Origin: Limisphaerales bacterium
GTDB taxonomy: Bacteria; Verrucomicrobiota; Verrucomicrobiia; Limisphaerales; UBA1096
NCBI GenBank assembly: GCA_004213515.1
Contig: SHAK01000001.1
Location: 2,972 to 66,971 of the forward strand
DNA length: 64,000 nucleotides
Direction of reading: 5' to 3'
Below, piece by piece: positions 1 through 9,955 of this stretch (within the stretch, counting starts at the first letter, position 1; every line of letters begins with the position of its first letter). Made by a program: the position numbers and the translations under genes. The notes under the pieces were generated by a model. The model was not told where the DNA came from. It was given only the letters and a program-made list of their open reading frames with translations, and made no database searches.

Positions 1-487
1 GAAGTTCTAAATTCATAATGTTAGACAAAGGTTCATATTGGGTTTCAGGAAGTTTGTCTGCCCAATCACCTCGCTGAAGTTCCAAACTTTGGGCCTGCTT
101 TATATTGACAACAAACCAGACCGTCCCAGCGATACTAATAAAGACGATTAACGGCAGCCAGATGCTCCAATTAAGTCTAGATAGAAAAAGCGTAAAACCA
201 TCTACGAACCCTTTTTTGCCTGGAAGTGCGGGATCGGAAGCTAGCGATTCGGTGCCACCCAATTCCTGATTTAGCTGCACTATTAGCGCGTTATGATCAA
301 GCTTAAGAAAACGGCAGTAGGTCCGAACAAAACCTCGAATAAAAATCGGTGCGTCAAATTTACTAAAATCGCCTTCCTCAAGAGCAGAGACATGATCAGC
401 GCGAATCTTTAATTCGGCACCTACATCTTCTAAAGATTTACCCTGTGCTACTCGGGCATCCTTTAACTGCTGTCCTACGGATTGCAT
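1..487 (-). CDS. rodZ: RodZ-like helix-turn-helix membrane protein (5' part only; gene runs off the window start)
   Basis: Absent from the ORF track because it is open at the window edge. A reverse-strand ATG at 487-485 opens an uninterrupted frame: MQSVGQQLKDARVAQGKSLEDVGAELKIRADHVSALEEGDFSKFDAPIFIRGFVRTYCRFLKLD. This is the typical RodZ/HTH_25 N-terminus. A TM helix (WSIWLPLIVFISIAGTVWFVV) follows. Confidence 0.6.
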   Translation of the reverse strand, partial: MQSVGQQLKDARVAQGKSLEDVGAELKIRADHVSALEEGDFSKFDAPIFIRGFVRTYCRFLKLDHNALIVQLNQELGGTESLASDPALPGKKGFVDGFTLFLSRLNWSIWLPLIVFISIAGTVWFVVNIKQAQSLELQRGDWADKLPETQYEPLSNIMNLEL

Positions 488-568
488 CCACACAAGTTCT
501 AACGGGAAAACTCTACCCAATCAATCCCCTAGGTAGGATTTTTAATTAGTGCAAAAAGAAACGTTAAG

Positions 569-1816
569 TTATTTTTTCCCTATGGCATAAAGGAATTCCT
601 GTCGTTCATCTCCCTTAAAGGCCACTCGCAAATAAAGTCGATCCCCACTTACAATGGGAGAGGCATAAACTTCATCCCCAAGTTGGTTGGCTGCGATAAG
701 TTTAAACTCATTGGGATTGGCTTCAAAAATAAACGTTTTACCGGAAAGATTAGTGCCATAAATACGATTTCCAACCATAACTGGTGAAGTATAAAATGTT
801 CCGCCAAGCCGTTCCTTCCATTGCTCTTCACCTGTCTTAGCGTTCCAGCAGATCGCAAAACCAGCATCCATTGTAACATAAAGGAAATCATTTCGAATTA
901 GCATTGACGGAACGTAAACACGAGCAGAATTCTTCCAAGCCACGCGCCCTGATCCATCAGCCACAATGGCAGCAGTATGGTTTTTCGGCCAACCTCCACT
1001 CACAAATATATGTGTTCCATCAGTCACAAGTGTTGAAACACATTCCTGTGTGGAGCCAGATACTTCCCATAATTTTTTCCCAGTTAAGGGATCAAGGCTC
1101 GTAATTAATTCGCAACCACAAAATACCATCTGCTTTTTACCTGCCGACTCAATTACCACTGGTGTAGTGTAATTGGGAAACTTTGGACGATCTTGGCGCC
1201 AAATTTCACGTCCAGTCTTTTTGTCCAAACCACAGATAACCCCGCCAAGCTTGGTGTCAGCCTTAAACACAACAATATTACCAAAAACCATCGGTGAACT
1301 GCCATAGCCTTGGTGAATTTTATATTTACCAATCGGCTTCTGCCAAATCAACTCACCATCAAGCGCTAATGCCGAAGCGTATGCCTGTGAACCTATAACA
1401 AAGTTAACATACAAAAGTTCTCCATCATGAACAACCGTTGTTCCAGCATGTGATGCATGCTTATTTAATCCTATTGCAAATTGACCTTCGTGCACCTTTG
1501 TCTGCCATATAACTTTACCATCAAACCTATTTAAGCAAACAACTGATTGAAACATTTCATCCTCATCTGCCGTTGCAAGATAGATATGATTTCCCACCAG
1601 AGTTGGAGTACTATGACCGCGCCCAGGAATAAACGTTTTCCAAACGACATTTTTTGTCTGACTCCATTTTGTCGGCAGACCATCAACAAGCTTAGCCTGA
1701 CCATCAGAAGTCAACCCTCGCCAATTCGGCCAATCAGTCGAAGTAAATTTCCTTTCCGCAGACAAGCAGCTAAAGAAACTGAATAAAATTAATATAGAAT
1801 AAAACCTATACATCAT
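569..1816 (-). CDS. Secreted PQQ-like (BamB/PQQ_2-type) beta-propeller repeat protein
   Basis: 415-aa ORF with a signal peptide (MMYRFYSILILFSFFSCLSA). It has the DWPNWRG motif and repeated Gly/Trp-rich blades typical of PQQ-like propeller proteins. ORFs nested inside it on either strand are shadows. Confidence 0.7.
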   Translation of the reverse strand: MMYRFYSILILFSFFSCLSAERKFTSTDWPNWRGLTSDGQAKLVDGLPTKWSQTKNVVWKTFIPGRGHSTPTLVGNHIYLATADEDEMFQSVVCLNRFDGKVIWQTKVHEGQFAIGLNKHASHAGTTVVHDGELLYVNFVIGSQAYASALALDGELIWQKPIGKYKIHQGYGSSPMVFGNIVVFKADTKLGGVICGLDKKTGREIWRQDRPKFPNYTTPVVIESAGKKQMVFCGCELITSLDPLTGKKLWEVSGSTQECVSTLVTDGTHIFVSGGWPKNHTAAIVADGSGRVAWKNSARVYVPSMLIRNDFLYVTMDAGFAICWNAKTGEEQWKERLGGTFYTSPVMVGNRIYGTNLSGKTFIFEANPNEFKLIAANQLGDEVYASPIVSGDRLYLRVAFKGDERQEFLYAIGKK

Positions 1817-1898
1817 ATTTTGTAGAGAAAGGAAATCGTTGCCGAATCAACATAGTCCGGCAAGACGAATTAACCATATTATTTAAAGAGCATATTTC

Positions 1899-3533
1899 TT
1901 ATTTTAAAAAACCTTCGCCCATTATTCTTCCAAGCTGGATAATTCCAGCCGCATCAAGAACAAGCTTCTTTTTTTGAGGTGGCAAACTGAAAGCTTTAAA
2001 ATGAAATAAGTTTGGGTCTTTTTTTGCAATTTTTTCAAAATCCCCCACAACATCAATACGGTTGACGCCCTTTTCATCTGTAGGCAACTGTTGGCTAATA
2101 TACCACTTAAGCTCTGGCATTCCGAGGTCAGTTCTACTATTTGCAATGATAGCCTGAATTCGTTCAGCAGCCATTTTTCGGTAAGGATAAAATGACATAT
2201 CGTTTTCGCTTAAGTGATAAAATATGCCAGCTAAACGCACTTGATGCCCTTTAGTCTTTAAGTCGCTAATCGTTTCTTCGACAAAACTTATAAAGTCAGG
2301 ATAAATATGACGGGATTTGGCCATGCTACCTTCTGGAGTCCAGTCAATGATTTGAGAACCACTATGGACAAATTTAGCAATGGAAACATTGGGAACATTA
2401 TTACTCTTTAGTGATTGAGCAAAACTTAGTTCCGGACCAAAAGTATCATAAAAACTTACTTGGCCAAGAGGCTCCCAATCAGTCGATTTTCGGTAACCAC
2501 CACCAAGACTATATTTAAAAGCGATATTGGGGTTATCCTTTAAAAGATCGCCCTCGCCTAATTTGACTGCATCCTGAACAAAAGCGCGCTCACCTTCCAT
2601 ATTTCGATGTCCAGCAAGAATGAAAAGATTTACCCCTTTCCCTTTTTTATAAGGCCAATTTTTAAGGCTTCGAACTCGATCTTGCTTACGGCCAACCGTA
2701 CGAAGATAAGAATCAGCATAATTAATTCCATGTTGCAGTTGCCCTAGCGTCCCGTAGTGATAATGCAATCCGACAGGCTCGCCAATCTCAACGCCAACAT
2801 GAGACGTTGGAATATACTCAGCCAATGGATCAGAATCAGTAACTTCGCGCTGCCCTTGGCTTATAGCGTACATCCGAGGGCGCAAATCCATTCCCCAAAT
2901 TGTTTTCGTACACAATTCACCAATGTAGAATTTTAGTTTTGGTGAATTCAAATCGCTTCTCCATTTAGCAATAAAGTTTTTTAAATTCTTTCCATAATTA
3001 GGCATATAATTTTTTTCAAACATATCATTTTCCCCCTGATGCCAAATAAACCCTTCAATTCGGTAGCGGATACCATCTCGATCCAATTCAGCAAGTGAAT
3101 CACGAATCAATTTAAGGGTTAGCGGATACATTTTAAAACCAATCGGCTGATCTGGATTCCAGTCGCCACCAAGATGAGTGCCTCCAGCTGCACATTTGAT
3201 AATGGCAATAGGATCATTGACAGATTGCGACACTTTACGAGCAAAACTCAACTCTGGACCAACCGTATTATTTACTGGCTGCAAATCTATCCAACCATTG
3301 CTAGCAGTTTTGTTTTCACGTCCAATTAAATAGGAAAATTTAATGTTTTTTTGAGGCTTATCAAGACCAAGAAATGGCGGAAAATTTTTTATGTCCCGGA
3401 CTTTAGAATCAGATCCAACCATATTAGATTGACCAGCAAAAATAAACACACGCAGAGTGACATCCTTTTCAGCAGCATTACCAATCGACAGGCCTGAAAA
3501 AAACAATAATAAACTAATGATAATTATAACCAT
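1899..3533 (-). CDS. Tandem-domain sialate O-acetylesterase-like (SASA/DUF303) carbohydrate esterase
   Basis: 544 aa with a signal peptide. The SASA signature occurs twice: FIFAGQSNMVG in the N-half and FILAGHRNMEG in the C-half. Only 3 nt separate it from the upstream peptidase gene. Confidence 0.7.
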   Translation of the reverse strand: MVIIIISLLLFFSGLSIGNAAEKDVTLRVFIFAGQSNMVGSDSKVRDIKNFPPFLGLDKPQKNIKFSYLIGRENKTASNGWIDLQPVNNTVGPELSFARKVSQSVNDPIAIIKCAAGGTHLGGDWNPDQPIGFKMYPLTLKLIRDSLAELDRDGIRYRIEGFIWHQGENDMFEKNYMPNYGKNLKNFIAKWRSDLNSPKLKFYIGELCTKTIWGMDLRPRMYAISQGQREVTDSDPLAEYIPTSHVGVEIGEPVGLHYHYGTLGQLQHGINYADSYLRTVGRKQDRVRSLKNWPYKKGKGVNLFILAGHRNMEGERAFVQDAVKLGEGDLLKDNPNIAFKYSLGGGYRKSTDWEPLGQVSFYDTFGPELSFAQSLKSNNVPNVSIAKFVHSGSQIIDWTPEGSMAKSRHIYPDFISFVEETISDLKTKGHQVRLAGIFYHLSENDMSFYPYRKMAAERIQAIIANSRTDLGMPELKWYISQQLPTDEKGVNRIDVVGDFEKIAKKDPNLFHFKAFSLPPQKKKLVLDAAGIIQLGRIMGEGFLK

Positions 3534-3536
3534 AGT

Positions 3537-5675
3537 TTAGTCATTCATACGGGGTTCAACCCCAAGAAGATGGCGAACAAAAAAATCCATTCTCTTTCTA
3601 GCCACATACTTTGATTCTCCCACTCCATGCCCCGCACCCGGCACCATCAAAAATTCAAAATCCTTGTCTGCCTTAATTAGCGCATCTACAACCTGATAAG
3701 TAGATGACGGGTCAACATTTGTGTCTAACTCGCCAACAGTTAATAAAAGTTTACCTTTTAGCATGTGTGCATTAGTTACATTAGACTGCTCATCATAATG
3801 TGGCCCAACGGGATAATCCATCCACTGTTCATTCCACCACATTTTATCCATTCGATTGTCATGACATCCACAGTCGGCAGCTGCAGCTTTATAAAAATCA
3901 TTATGCCAAAGCAGTGCCGCCATGGCGTTTTGCCCCCCAGCTGATCCTCCATAGATACCCACTCTTGAAATATCCATGTAAGGATATTTCTTAGCTGCCT
4001 CTTTAATCCACTTCTTTCGATCTGGGAAGCCAGCATCATTGATATTTTTATAAGCAAAATGTTGAAATTCACGGCCCCGGTTTGAAGTGCCTTTACCGTC
4101 AATCTGAACTGTAATAAATCCCAATTCAGCCAGCTCCTCCCGCCACATACCATAGCGAGATCGCCATTTTTTTGGAACAAAAGAACCATGCGGACCGGCA
4201 TAAATCACTTCTACAACTGGATAGCTTTTATTAGGATCAAAATTACTGGGACGGCAAATAATACCATGAATATCGAACTTTCCATCTCGATCCTTAGCGA
4301 CGAAACGCTCTGGCGCATGAAATCCAGCGGCAAACAAATCAGCGGCATCTGATTGCTCTAACTCACAAAGAAGCGACCCATCTTTAGCACTTCTAAGTAC
4401 ATGCCGTGGCGGTAAGTCAACTCTTGACCATGTATCAATAAAAACGGTTTTATCGGGGGAAAATCGCACTGAATGCGTACCGTCTCCATCTGTCAATTTC
4501 AACAATTCAGTTCCATCAAAATTAACCTTATAGTAGTGGTGATAATACGGATCAATTCCCTCTTCTCTACCAGATGCTTGGAATGTAATTTGCCTTTTTT
4601 CATGGTTAACATCAACAACCTCTCGAACAACCCACTCACCCTTTGTAATCTGGAATTTTACTTTGCCACTAAGACCATCGTAGAGATAAAGGTGATTCCA
4701 GCCATCTCGTTCAGAACGCCAAATAATTTCTTCAATACCGTTTAAATCCTTTCTGTATCCCTTTTGAAATACATTAACAAAAGTCTTAGCTGTCTCGTCT
4801 ATCAAAGTACGTGTTTTGCCTGATGGAATTTGAATTTCAATAATACGATGAGCTCCAAAACCTCGCTCAATATGCTCAAAAATAAAACCACTTGAATCTG
4901 ATCGCCATACCGGTCTGCGAGTCGAAAATGGATCCTTTACAAGCAAGGGATCAGCCGTAAATTGGCGACTATTCCATCCTGCTAAAAAGACGTGCACGGT
5001 CTGAGTAGGCATAGGGTCTCCTGGCTTGCTATAACTTCGTTTGAAATGCTTGGGTTGAAGTTGATCGTCGGGGGCCGAATCTACGTAGTGTACCTCACGA
5101 GTTTTAACTTCTCTACGTTTCATAAGAGAAACGTATTTGGAATCCGGCGACCAAAAAAATGGTTCCTGATAAATATTCTCTTTGGTCCCATCTTTTGACA
5201 ACTGAATATCTGCACCGTCCTTTAAATCATGAACAAATATATTATTATTCTTTATGAACGCACGCCAACGACCATTTGGAGAAATAGGACCACTCTTCCC
5301 TGTATTGGATTTATTTTTGGCTATATTCTCACTTAGTTTTTTAGATTTTTTTTCTAAATACTTCTTAGTTAACTTATCTGCCCTTGATTGACGCTTTTTT
5401 AAAGCTACATCAAATTTTGACTTGTCTAAAAATGCGCGACGTTTCCCCTTGCTACCATTTACAAGTACATACTCACGCACACCACGGATCTTATTCTCAT
5501 ACCAAAAATGGTGCCCTCCGAACCAATTTGGACTCATCGTATCTTTATAGACTTTACCAGAAAAAAGCTGTCGAATCTTAACTGAACGTTCGTAATCGGC
5601 CTTCGTCCCTTGCCCAAACGAAGAAACACACGCAATCAGAACACCAACATATAATATAATTATTCGATGTATCAT
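3537..5675 (-). CDS. S9B family dipeptidyl-peptidase IV-like serine peptidase
   Basis: 712 aa with a signal peptide and a DPP-IV-type N-terminal region. The C-terminal alpha/beta hydrolase carries the nucleophile elbow VGIYGGSAGGQNA and a distal GAGHG histidine motif. Confidence 0.8.
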   Translation of the reverse strand: MIHRIIILYVGVLIACVSSFGQGTKADYERSVKIRQLFSGKVYKDTMSPNWFGGHHFWYENKIRGVREYVLVNGSKGKRRAFLDKSKFDVALKKRQSRADKLTKKYLEKKSKKLSENIAKNKSNTGKSGPISPNGRWRAFIKNNNIFVHDLKDGADIQLSKDGTKENIYQEPFFWSPDSKYVSLMKRREVKTREVHYVDSAPDDQLQPKHFKRSYSKPGDPMPTQTVHVFLAGWNSRQFTADPLLVKDPFSTRRPVWRSDSSGFIFEHIERGFGAHRIIEIQIPSGKTRTLIDETAKTFVNVFQKGYRKDLNGIEEIIWRSERDGWNHLYLYDGLSGKVKFQITKGEWVVREVVDVNHEKRQITFQASGREEGIDPYYHHYYKVNFDGTELLKLTDGDGTHSVRFSPDKTVFIDTWSRVDLPPRHVLRSAKDGSLLCELEQSDAADLFAAGFHAPERFVAKDRDGKFDIHGIICRPSNFDPNKSYPVVEVIYAGPHGSFVPKKWRSRYGMWREELAELGFITVQIDGKGTSNRGREFQHFAYKNINDAGFPDRKKWIKEAAKKYPYMDISRVGIYGGSAGGQNAMAALLWHNDFYKAAAADCGCHDNRMDKMWWNEQWMDYPVGPHYDEQSNVTNAHMLKGKLLLTVGELDTNVDPSSTYQVVDALIKADKDFEFLMVPGAGHGVGESKYVARKRMDFFVRHLLGVEPRMND

Positions 5676-5791
5676 TTTATCTTCACCTCACAAAAGAGTA
5701 AAAACTACTCTCAACTGATCAAAGCGAAAACGTATTTATTTTGATACGAATTTCCCTTGGGAAAAAGGCTCGACTGTGCCTACAGTTCCGA

Positions 5792-6463
5792 ATGAAATAT
5801 CAAATTTACACCATAATAATAGCTGGTCTTGTCACAAGTTGCGGGGTGAAGAAAACCACTACAATTAAAACAGACAATCCCAATAAGAGTTCAGACTCGG
5901 CAAAATCGCTTGTTAAACAGGAAGAAAAACAACAGTCAAAAGACTTATCTATTCCAGCTTCCGATAAGAAAACCAAACCTGAAGCTGAAATTAAAATACA
6001 ACCTCAGTTCGAACCAATAACCAGTACACCTCAAGTTTCAAAAAAAATTGTGAAAACCGACGCAGAATGGAAAGCATTACTTTCGCCCGAGGAATATCAA
6101 ATTCTTCGCCAAAAAGGAACAGAACGCGCCTTCACAGGCAAGTTTGATAAACACTATAAAGAAGGAACCTACACTTGTAAGGGCTGCGGCACCCCACTAT
6201 TTGAGTCTACCACCAAGTATGATTCTGGTTGCGGTTGGCCTGCTTTTTTTAAGGCAAAAGAAAATACAATTGATGAAACAGTAGATCGTAGTTACGGCAT
6301 GATTAGAACTGAAATAACATGCAAAAAATGCGACGGTCATTTAGGTCATATCTTCAATGACGGCCCAAATCCAACAGGGGTAAGATATTGTGTTAACTCT
6401 GCATCAATGGGATTTATCCCTGCAGAAAAAGACAAACAATCCAATCCGAAACAAAAAAAATAA
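5792..6463 (+). CDS. msrB: Peptide-methionine (R)-S-oxide reductase MsrB, exported lipoprotein form
   Basis: The C-terminal ~130 aa is a canonical MsrB: two CxxC pairs (CKGCGTPLF, CKKCDGHLGHIF), GCGWPAF and RYCVNS. The track ORF starts at TTG 5741. I prefer ATG 5792, which gives a lipoprotein signal (MKYQIYTIIIAGLVTSCG). Confidence 0.85.
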   Translation: MKYQIYTIIIAGLVTSCGVKKTTTIKTDNPNKSSDSAKSLVKQEEKQQSKDLSIPASDKKTKPEAEIKIQPQFEPITSTPQVSKKIVKTDAEWKALLSPEEYQILRQKGTERAFTGKFDKHYKEGTYTCKGCGTPLFESTTKYDSGCGWPAFFKAKENTIDETVDRSYGMIRTEITCKKCDGHLGHIFNDGPNPTGVRYCVNSASMGFIPAEKDKQSNPKQKK

Positions 6464-6482
6464 ATCCTTCTTTAACTAGTTA

Positions 6483-7481
6483 ATGCCAGCACCTTTAATT
6501 TCTGTGGTGTTGCCAGTTCGTAATGCGGCCAAAACTATAGAACGTGCCGTTCGCTCTATACTTCAATCCAGCTTTAAACAAATAGAATTAATCGTAATCG
6601 ATGATGGCTCAACCGATGGCAGCCCAGAAATTATTAATTCAATTATTGATCCTCGATTACATTTATTTCAGCAAGGACAAGAAGGCATATGCGCCGCTGC
6701 CAATCGAGGGACAGCTGAAGCACATGCTCCTATAATTGCCCGAATGGATGCCGACGATTTTTCTCATCCTTCTCGACTCAAATTGGAATTCGAACACCTC
6801 CATAAAAACAATTTAGATATTGTCGGATGTCAGGTAAAAATTGTTGATGTACAAGGCCAAGCTATTAACTCTATGCAAAGATATGAAAAATGGACTAATA
6901 GCTTAACAGAACCAAATCAAATAGCTGCCATGCGCTTTGTTGAATTACCAATTATTAACCCTACCCTTATGGCTAAACGCGAGGTGTTCGAACTAGGTTA
7001 CCGACATGGAGATTGGCCAGAAGATTATGATTTGTGCCTGCGTTCGCTTGAAAAAAACCTAAAAGCAGCAAAAGTCAAAAAAGTACTTTTAGACTGGATT
7101 GATTCCAGCAATAGACTAACCCGTAAAGATGCTCGCTACTCACCTAAAGCCTTCGATCGCTGCCGGCGAACTCACCTTATTGAGGGACCTCTAAAATATA
7201 TAAAAGAAGTCGTTTTATGGGGAGCTGGCAAAACAGGAAAGCTATGGCTTCGATGGTTACAAGAAAAAGAATTTCTCGTTAAGCAAATAATCGAAGTTTC
7301 ACCAAAAAAAATCGGCACAAAAATTCATGGAGTGCCAGTGATTTCTTCAACCGAATTGCCAAATCCAGAGGGACACCCAATGATTATTGCTGTAGGTGCT
7401 GATGGCGCTAGGCAACTAATCGAAGCCGAACTAATTAAAAAAGGTTATACTCCAGGAATTAATGCATGGTTTGTCTGTTAA
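6483..7481 (+). CDS. Family 2 glycosyltransferase with a C-terminal Rossmann-like (NeuD/PglD-N-like) domain
   Basis: N-terminus ISVVLPVRNAAKTIERAVRSILQSSFKQIELIVIDDGSTDGS and ARMDADD (DxD) are GT2 hallmarks. The C-terminal VVLWGAGKTGKLWLRWL...IIAVGADG looks like a nucleotide-binding fold. Confidence 0.7.
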   Translation: MPAPLISVVLPVRNAAKTIERAVRSILQSSFKQIELIVIDDGSTDGSPEIINSIIDPRLHLFQQGQEGICAAANRGTAEAHAPIIARMDADDFSHPSRLKLEFEHLHKNNLDIVGCQVKIVDVQGQAINSMQRYEKWTNSLTEPNQIAAMRFVELPIINPTLMAKREVFELGYRHGDWPEDYDLCLRSLEKNLKAAKVKKVLLDWIDSSNRLTRKDARYSPKAFDRCRRTHLIEGPLKYIKEVVLWGAGKTGKLWLRWLQEKEFLVKQIIEVSPKKIGTKIHGVPVISSTELPNPEGHPMIIAVGADGARQLIEAELIKKGYTPGINAWFVC

Positions 7482-7493
7482 AAAACATAGAAA

Positions 7494-7739
7494 TCAATCA
7501 AGCTGGATTCCTTGTTCAATAAGTAGTGTTGGAATATTTTGTCGGACGGGATAAAGAATTTTACCATCCTCTCTAATCAAACCTTCATCTATTTTTTCTT
7601 TTACATCTTCCCCTGATCGGCTGAGTAAAACACCTTTTTGAACACGCTGATTAAGTTCAGTGACTAATTCAGTGTCGGCCAGTTTCAGTGGCTGATAAGT
7701 TTCTGGGCAACAAATAATTTCGAGTAGTTTTTCATCCAT
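7494..7739 (-). CDS. Trm112-family small protein
   Basis: 81 aa. LLEIICCPETYQPL...IPTLLIEQG matches the Trm112p/UPF0434 pattern. It lies 10 nt downstream of larC on the same strand. Confidence 0.65.
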   Translation of the reverse strand: MDEKLLEIICCPETYQPLKLADTELVTELNQRVQKGVLLSRSGEDVKEKIDEGLIREDGKILYPVRQNIPTLLIEQGIQLD

Positions 7740-7749
7740 AATTTTCTAA

Positions 7750-9051
7750 TTATTTATCAAGTGATTTTAGTGCAGCAGAGTAAACCTCCTTGATAGTAAC
7801 TTCTTTATTCAAAGCAAGTTCACGGCATGATTCATATTCTGGAGAAGCTTGTATAAGCTTACCATTTAGCCGACCAAGTTTGACCTGAACTTGACCAAAA
7901 GATGTTTTAACCATTATCTGTTCTCGTTGGAGCTTGCGACGAGCCACATTACGATAACGCACACCAAAGGCACTAGTTTCACGAAGTATCTTCTCACTAA
8001 AACGATCAACATCCGTATCATTGCAAAGTATAGTCAATAATACTCCTGGGCGATTTTTTTTCATCTGAATTGGAGTATAAAATACATCGAGTGCACCACA
8101 CTCAAGGGCAGTCTCAACAAAGTAACCAAGATGCTCGGCGTTTATATCATCAAGGTTAGTCTCAATAACTGTGACAGTGTCCGCATGCCAATCAAGCGAT
8201 TCAGATTGATCAACAGAAGAATCTAAATGGCCAAGTACTGCACGAAGAACATTTGGGCGAGTATGCATATCTCGCGTACCTAAACCATATCCAATTCGTT
8301 CTGGACTCACACCTTTCATTAATTCAAATCGCTCGGCGAATTCAGCGACGATGGCAGCCCCTGTCGGAGTTACTAATTCATGTGGTTCGTCGCACTGGTT
8401 TACAGTTACTCCGCGTGCTGCAAGGATTTCAAGTGTCGCGGCGGTTGGCACAGGAAATCGTCCATGCGCACAGTCGACCCAACCTTTTCCCTCCACTAAA
8501 GGCGCTGAAAGAACAAGGGGTTTCCCTAACAACTCCAAAGCAATACAAGCTCCAATAATATCAATAATGGAATCAATCGCTCCAACCTCATGAAAATGCA
8601 CATCGTCAGGTGGCATGCCGTGAACCTTACCCTCTGCCTCAGCAACACGACGAAATACTGCAATTGACTTTTCCTTCACCCATTCGCTAAGTGAACTATT
8701 ATTTATAATTTTTTTAATATCATCAAAATTTCGCTCATGTATATGCCCATCACTATCATGACTGTGAGAGTGCGAATGGCTATGCTCGTGAGAGTGCGAA
8801 TGGCTATGCTCATGAGAATGAGTTGAAGTACCAGAATTGTTTTCACCCTCATTTGGAAGCAAATGAACATCAAACTTTACACCATCAATGTTAGCCTTGG
8901 TTTTGCGCGAAACGTTAATTAAATAACCATCCAGATTTAGTTTAGATAATTCATTTTCCAGCACTTTGGGATCCACCCCCAGATCAATCATCGCGCCAAG
9001 AAACATGTCTCCACTAATACCGCTAAAAATATCAAGATAAATCGTTTTCAT
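7750..9051 (-). CDS. larC: Nickel-pincer cofactor biosynthesis protein LarC (nickel insertion, DUF111 family)
   Basis: N-terminus MKTIYLDIFSGISGDMFLGAMIDLGV is the LarC signature. There is an internal His-rich metal-binding tract, HSHEHSHSHSHEHSHSHSHSHDSDGHIH. Confidence 0.85.
   Translation of the reverse strand: MKTIYLDIFSGISGDMFLGAMIDLGVDPKVLENELSKLNLDGYLINVSRKTKANIDGVKFDVHLLPNEGENNSGTSTHSHEHSHSHSHEHSHSHSHSHDSDGHIHERNFDDIKKIINNSSLSEWVKEKSIAVFRRVAEAEGKVHGMPPDDVHFHEVGAIDSIIDIIGACIALELLGKPLVLSAPLVEGKGWVDCAHGRFPVPTAATLEILAARGVTVNQCDEPHELVTPTGAAIVAEFAERFELMKGVSPERIGYGLGTRDMHTRPNVLRAVLGHLDSSVDQSESLDWHADTVTVIETNLDDINAEHLGYFVETALECGALDVFYTPIQMKKNRPGVLLTILCNDTDVDRFSEKILRETSAFGVRYRNVARRKLQREQIMVKTSFGQVQVKLGRLNGKLIQASPEYESCRELALNKEVTIKEVYSAALKSLDK
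8764..8811. repeat. Perfect 24-bp tandem duplication inside the larC His-rich tract
   Basis: GTGAGAGTGCGAATGGCTATGCTC occurs twice back to back (8764-8787, 8788-8811). It is in frame and encodes repeated (E)HSHSHSH units on the - strand. Confidence 0.9.
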
Positions 9052-9105
9052 CCATTCACGGCAATATGCCTCTCAGGGGATTAAACGCTTATTAAAGAAA
9101 AGGGT

Positions 9106-9861
9106 CTACCAGTAAAACACGGGACCACCATAAGTTCTCTCAACCAATCCTACCAATTTACGGCCTTCCATAGTGGCTTTCTGCCATCCGACATGTCCGT
9201 CCAAATAGTTCAAATTAGCGCCAGCAGGGTATTTTCCAGAATTATCTCGATGAGCAGTCTTATGAAGTTTTTCCCAACCACCACGCACTGAATCAAATCC
9301 ATTGTTTAATGAAGAAGAAATGGTCGCATCTGCAGTGAGAACTCGGTCCGAAGGAGAGGGTTTCACCGTCACTCCTTTCACTTTGATAGACCGGGTCGAC
9401 ATGGTGTAGTTGATGTTGGTCTCCTGAACGCGAGGGGCCCAAGGGATAGTCAAAGCATAGCCAATGACTGTGTGATGTTCTCGGCCGGTCCAGTTCCAAG
9501 TGTCGTCATTGTTCTGATCGAGAAAAGATGGACAATACATGATATTTCGCTCAAATCCCTGCCTCTTCATCATTGTCATCACATTAATGCCTGCGTCCCA
9601 GGGCCAATTACCGGTTCGTTGACCCCACTTATTACGATTTGAAGGAAGGTTGTTTTCATTCTCATCAGCATACATCTGCCATGCTATACCCATTTGTTTA
9701 AGGTTATTTAGGCAACTAGTCCGTTTGGCGGACTCTTTCGCTTGAGACAATGCAGGCAAAAGTAAAGACGCCAAAATGGCGATTATTGCGATAACCACGA
9801 GCAGTTCAATTAACGTGAATGCACAGATTCTTTTGTAGGAATAGAAAGTTTCCCTTTTCAT
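9106..9861 (-). CDS. Prepilin-type N-terminal methylation domain protein with C-terminal H-X9-DG motif (DUF1559-like pseudopilin)
   Basis: [24 protein letters not shown] is the class III signal peptide and hydrophobic helix. [23 protein letters not shown] lies at the C-terminus. Confidence 0.85.
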   Translation of the reverse strand: MKRETFYSYKRICAFTLIELLVVIAIIAILASLLLPALSQAKESAKRTSCLNNLKQMGIAWQMYADENENNLPSNRNKWGQRTGNWPWDAGINVMTMMKRQGFERNIMYCPSFLDQNNDDTWNWTGREHHTVIGYALTIPWAPRVQETNINYTMSTRSIKVKGVTVKPSPSDRVLTADATISSSLNNGFDSVRGGWEKLHKTAHRDNSGKYPAGANLNYLDGHVGWQKATMEGRKLVGLVERTYGGPVFYW

Positions 9862-9955
9862 TATAATTTTTTAAGGACGGATTAAGTAAAACCTATACCC
9901 AGCTTATATAAGCTTCAACTGTTAATTTTAGAAGCACGCTAGCCACTTGACCTAG

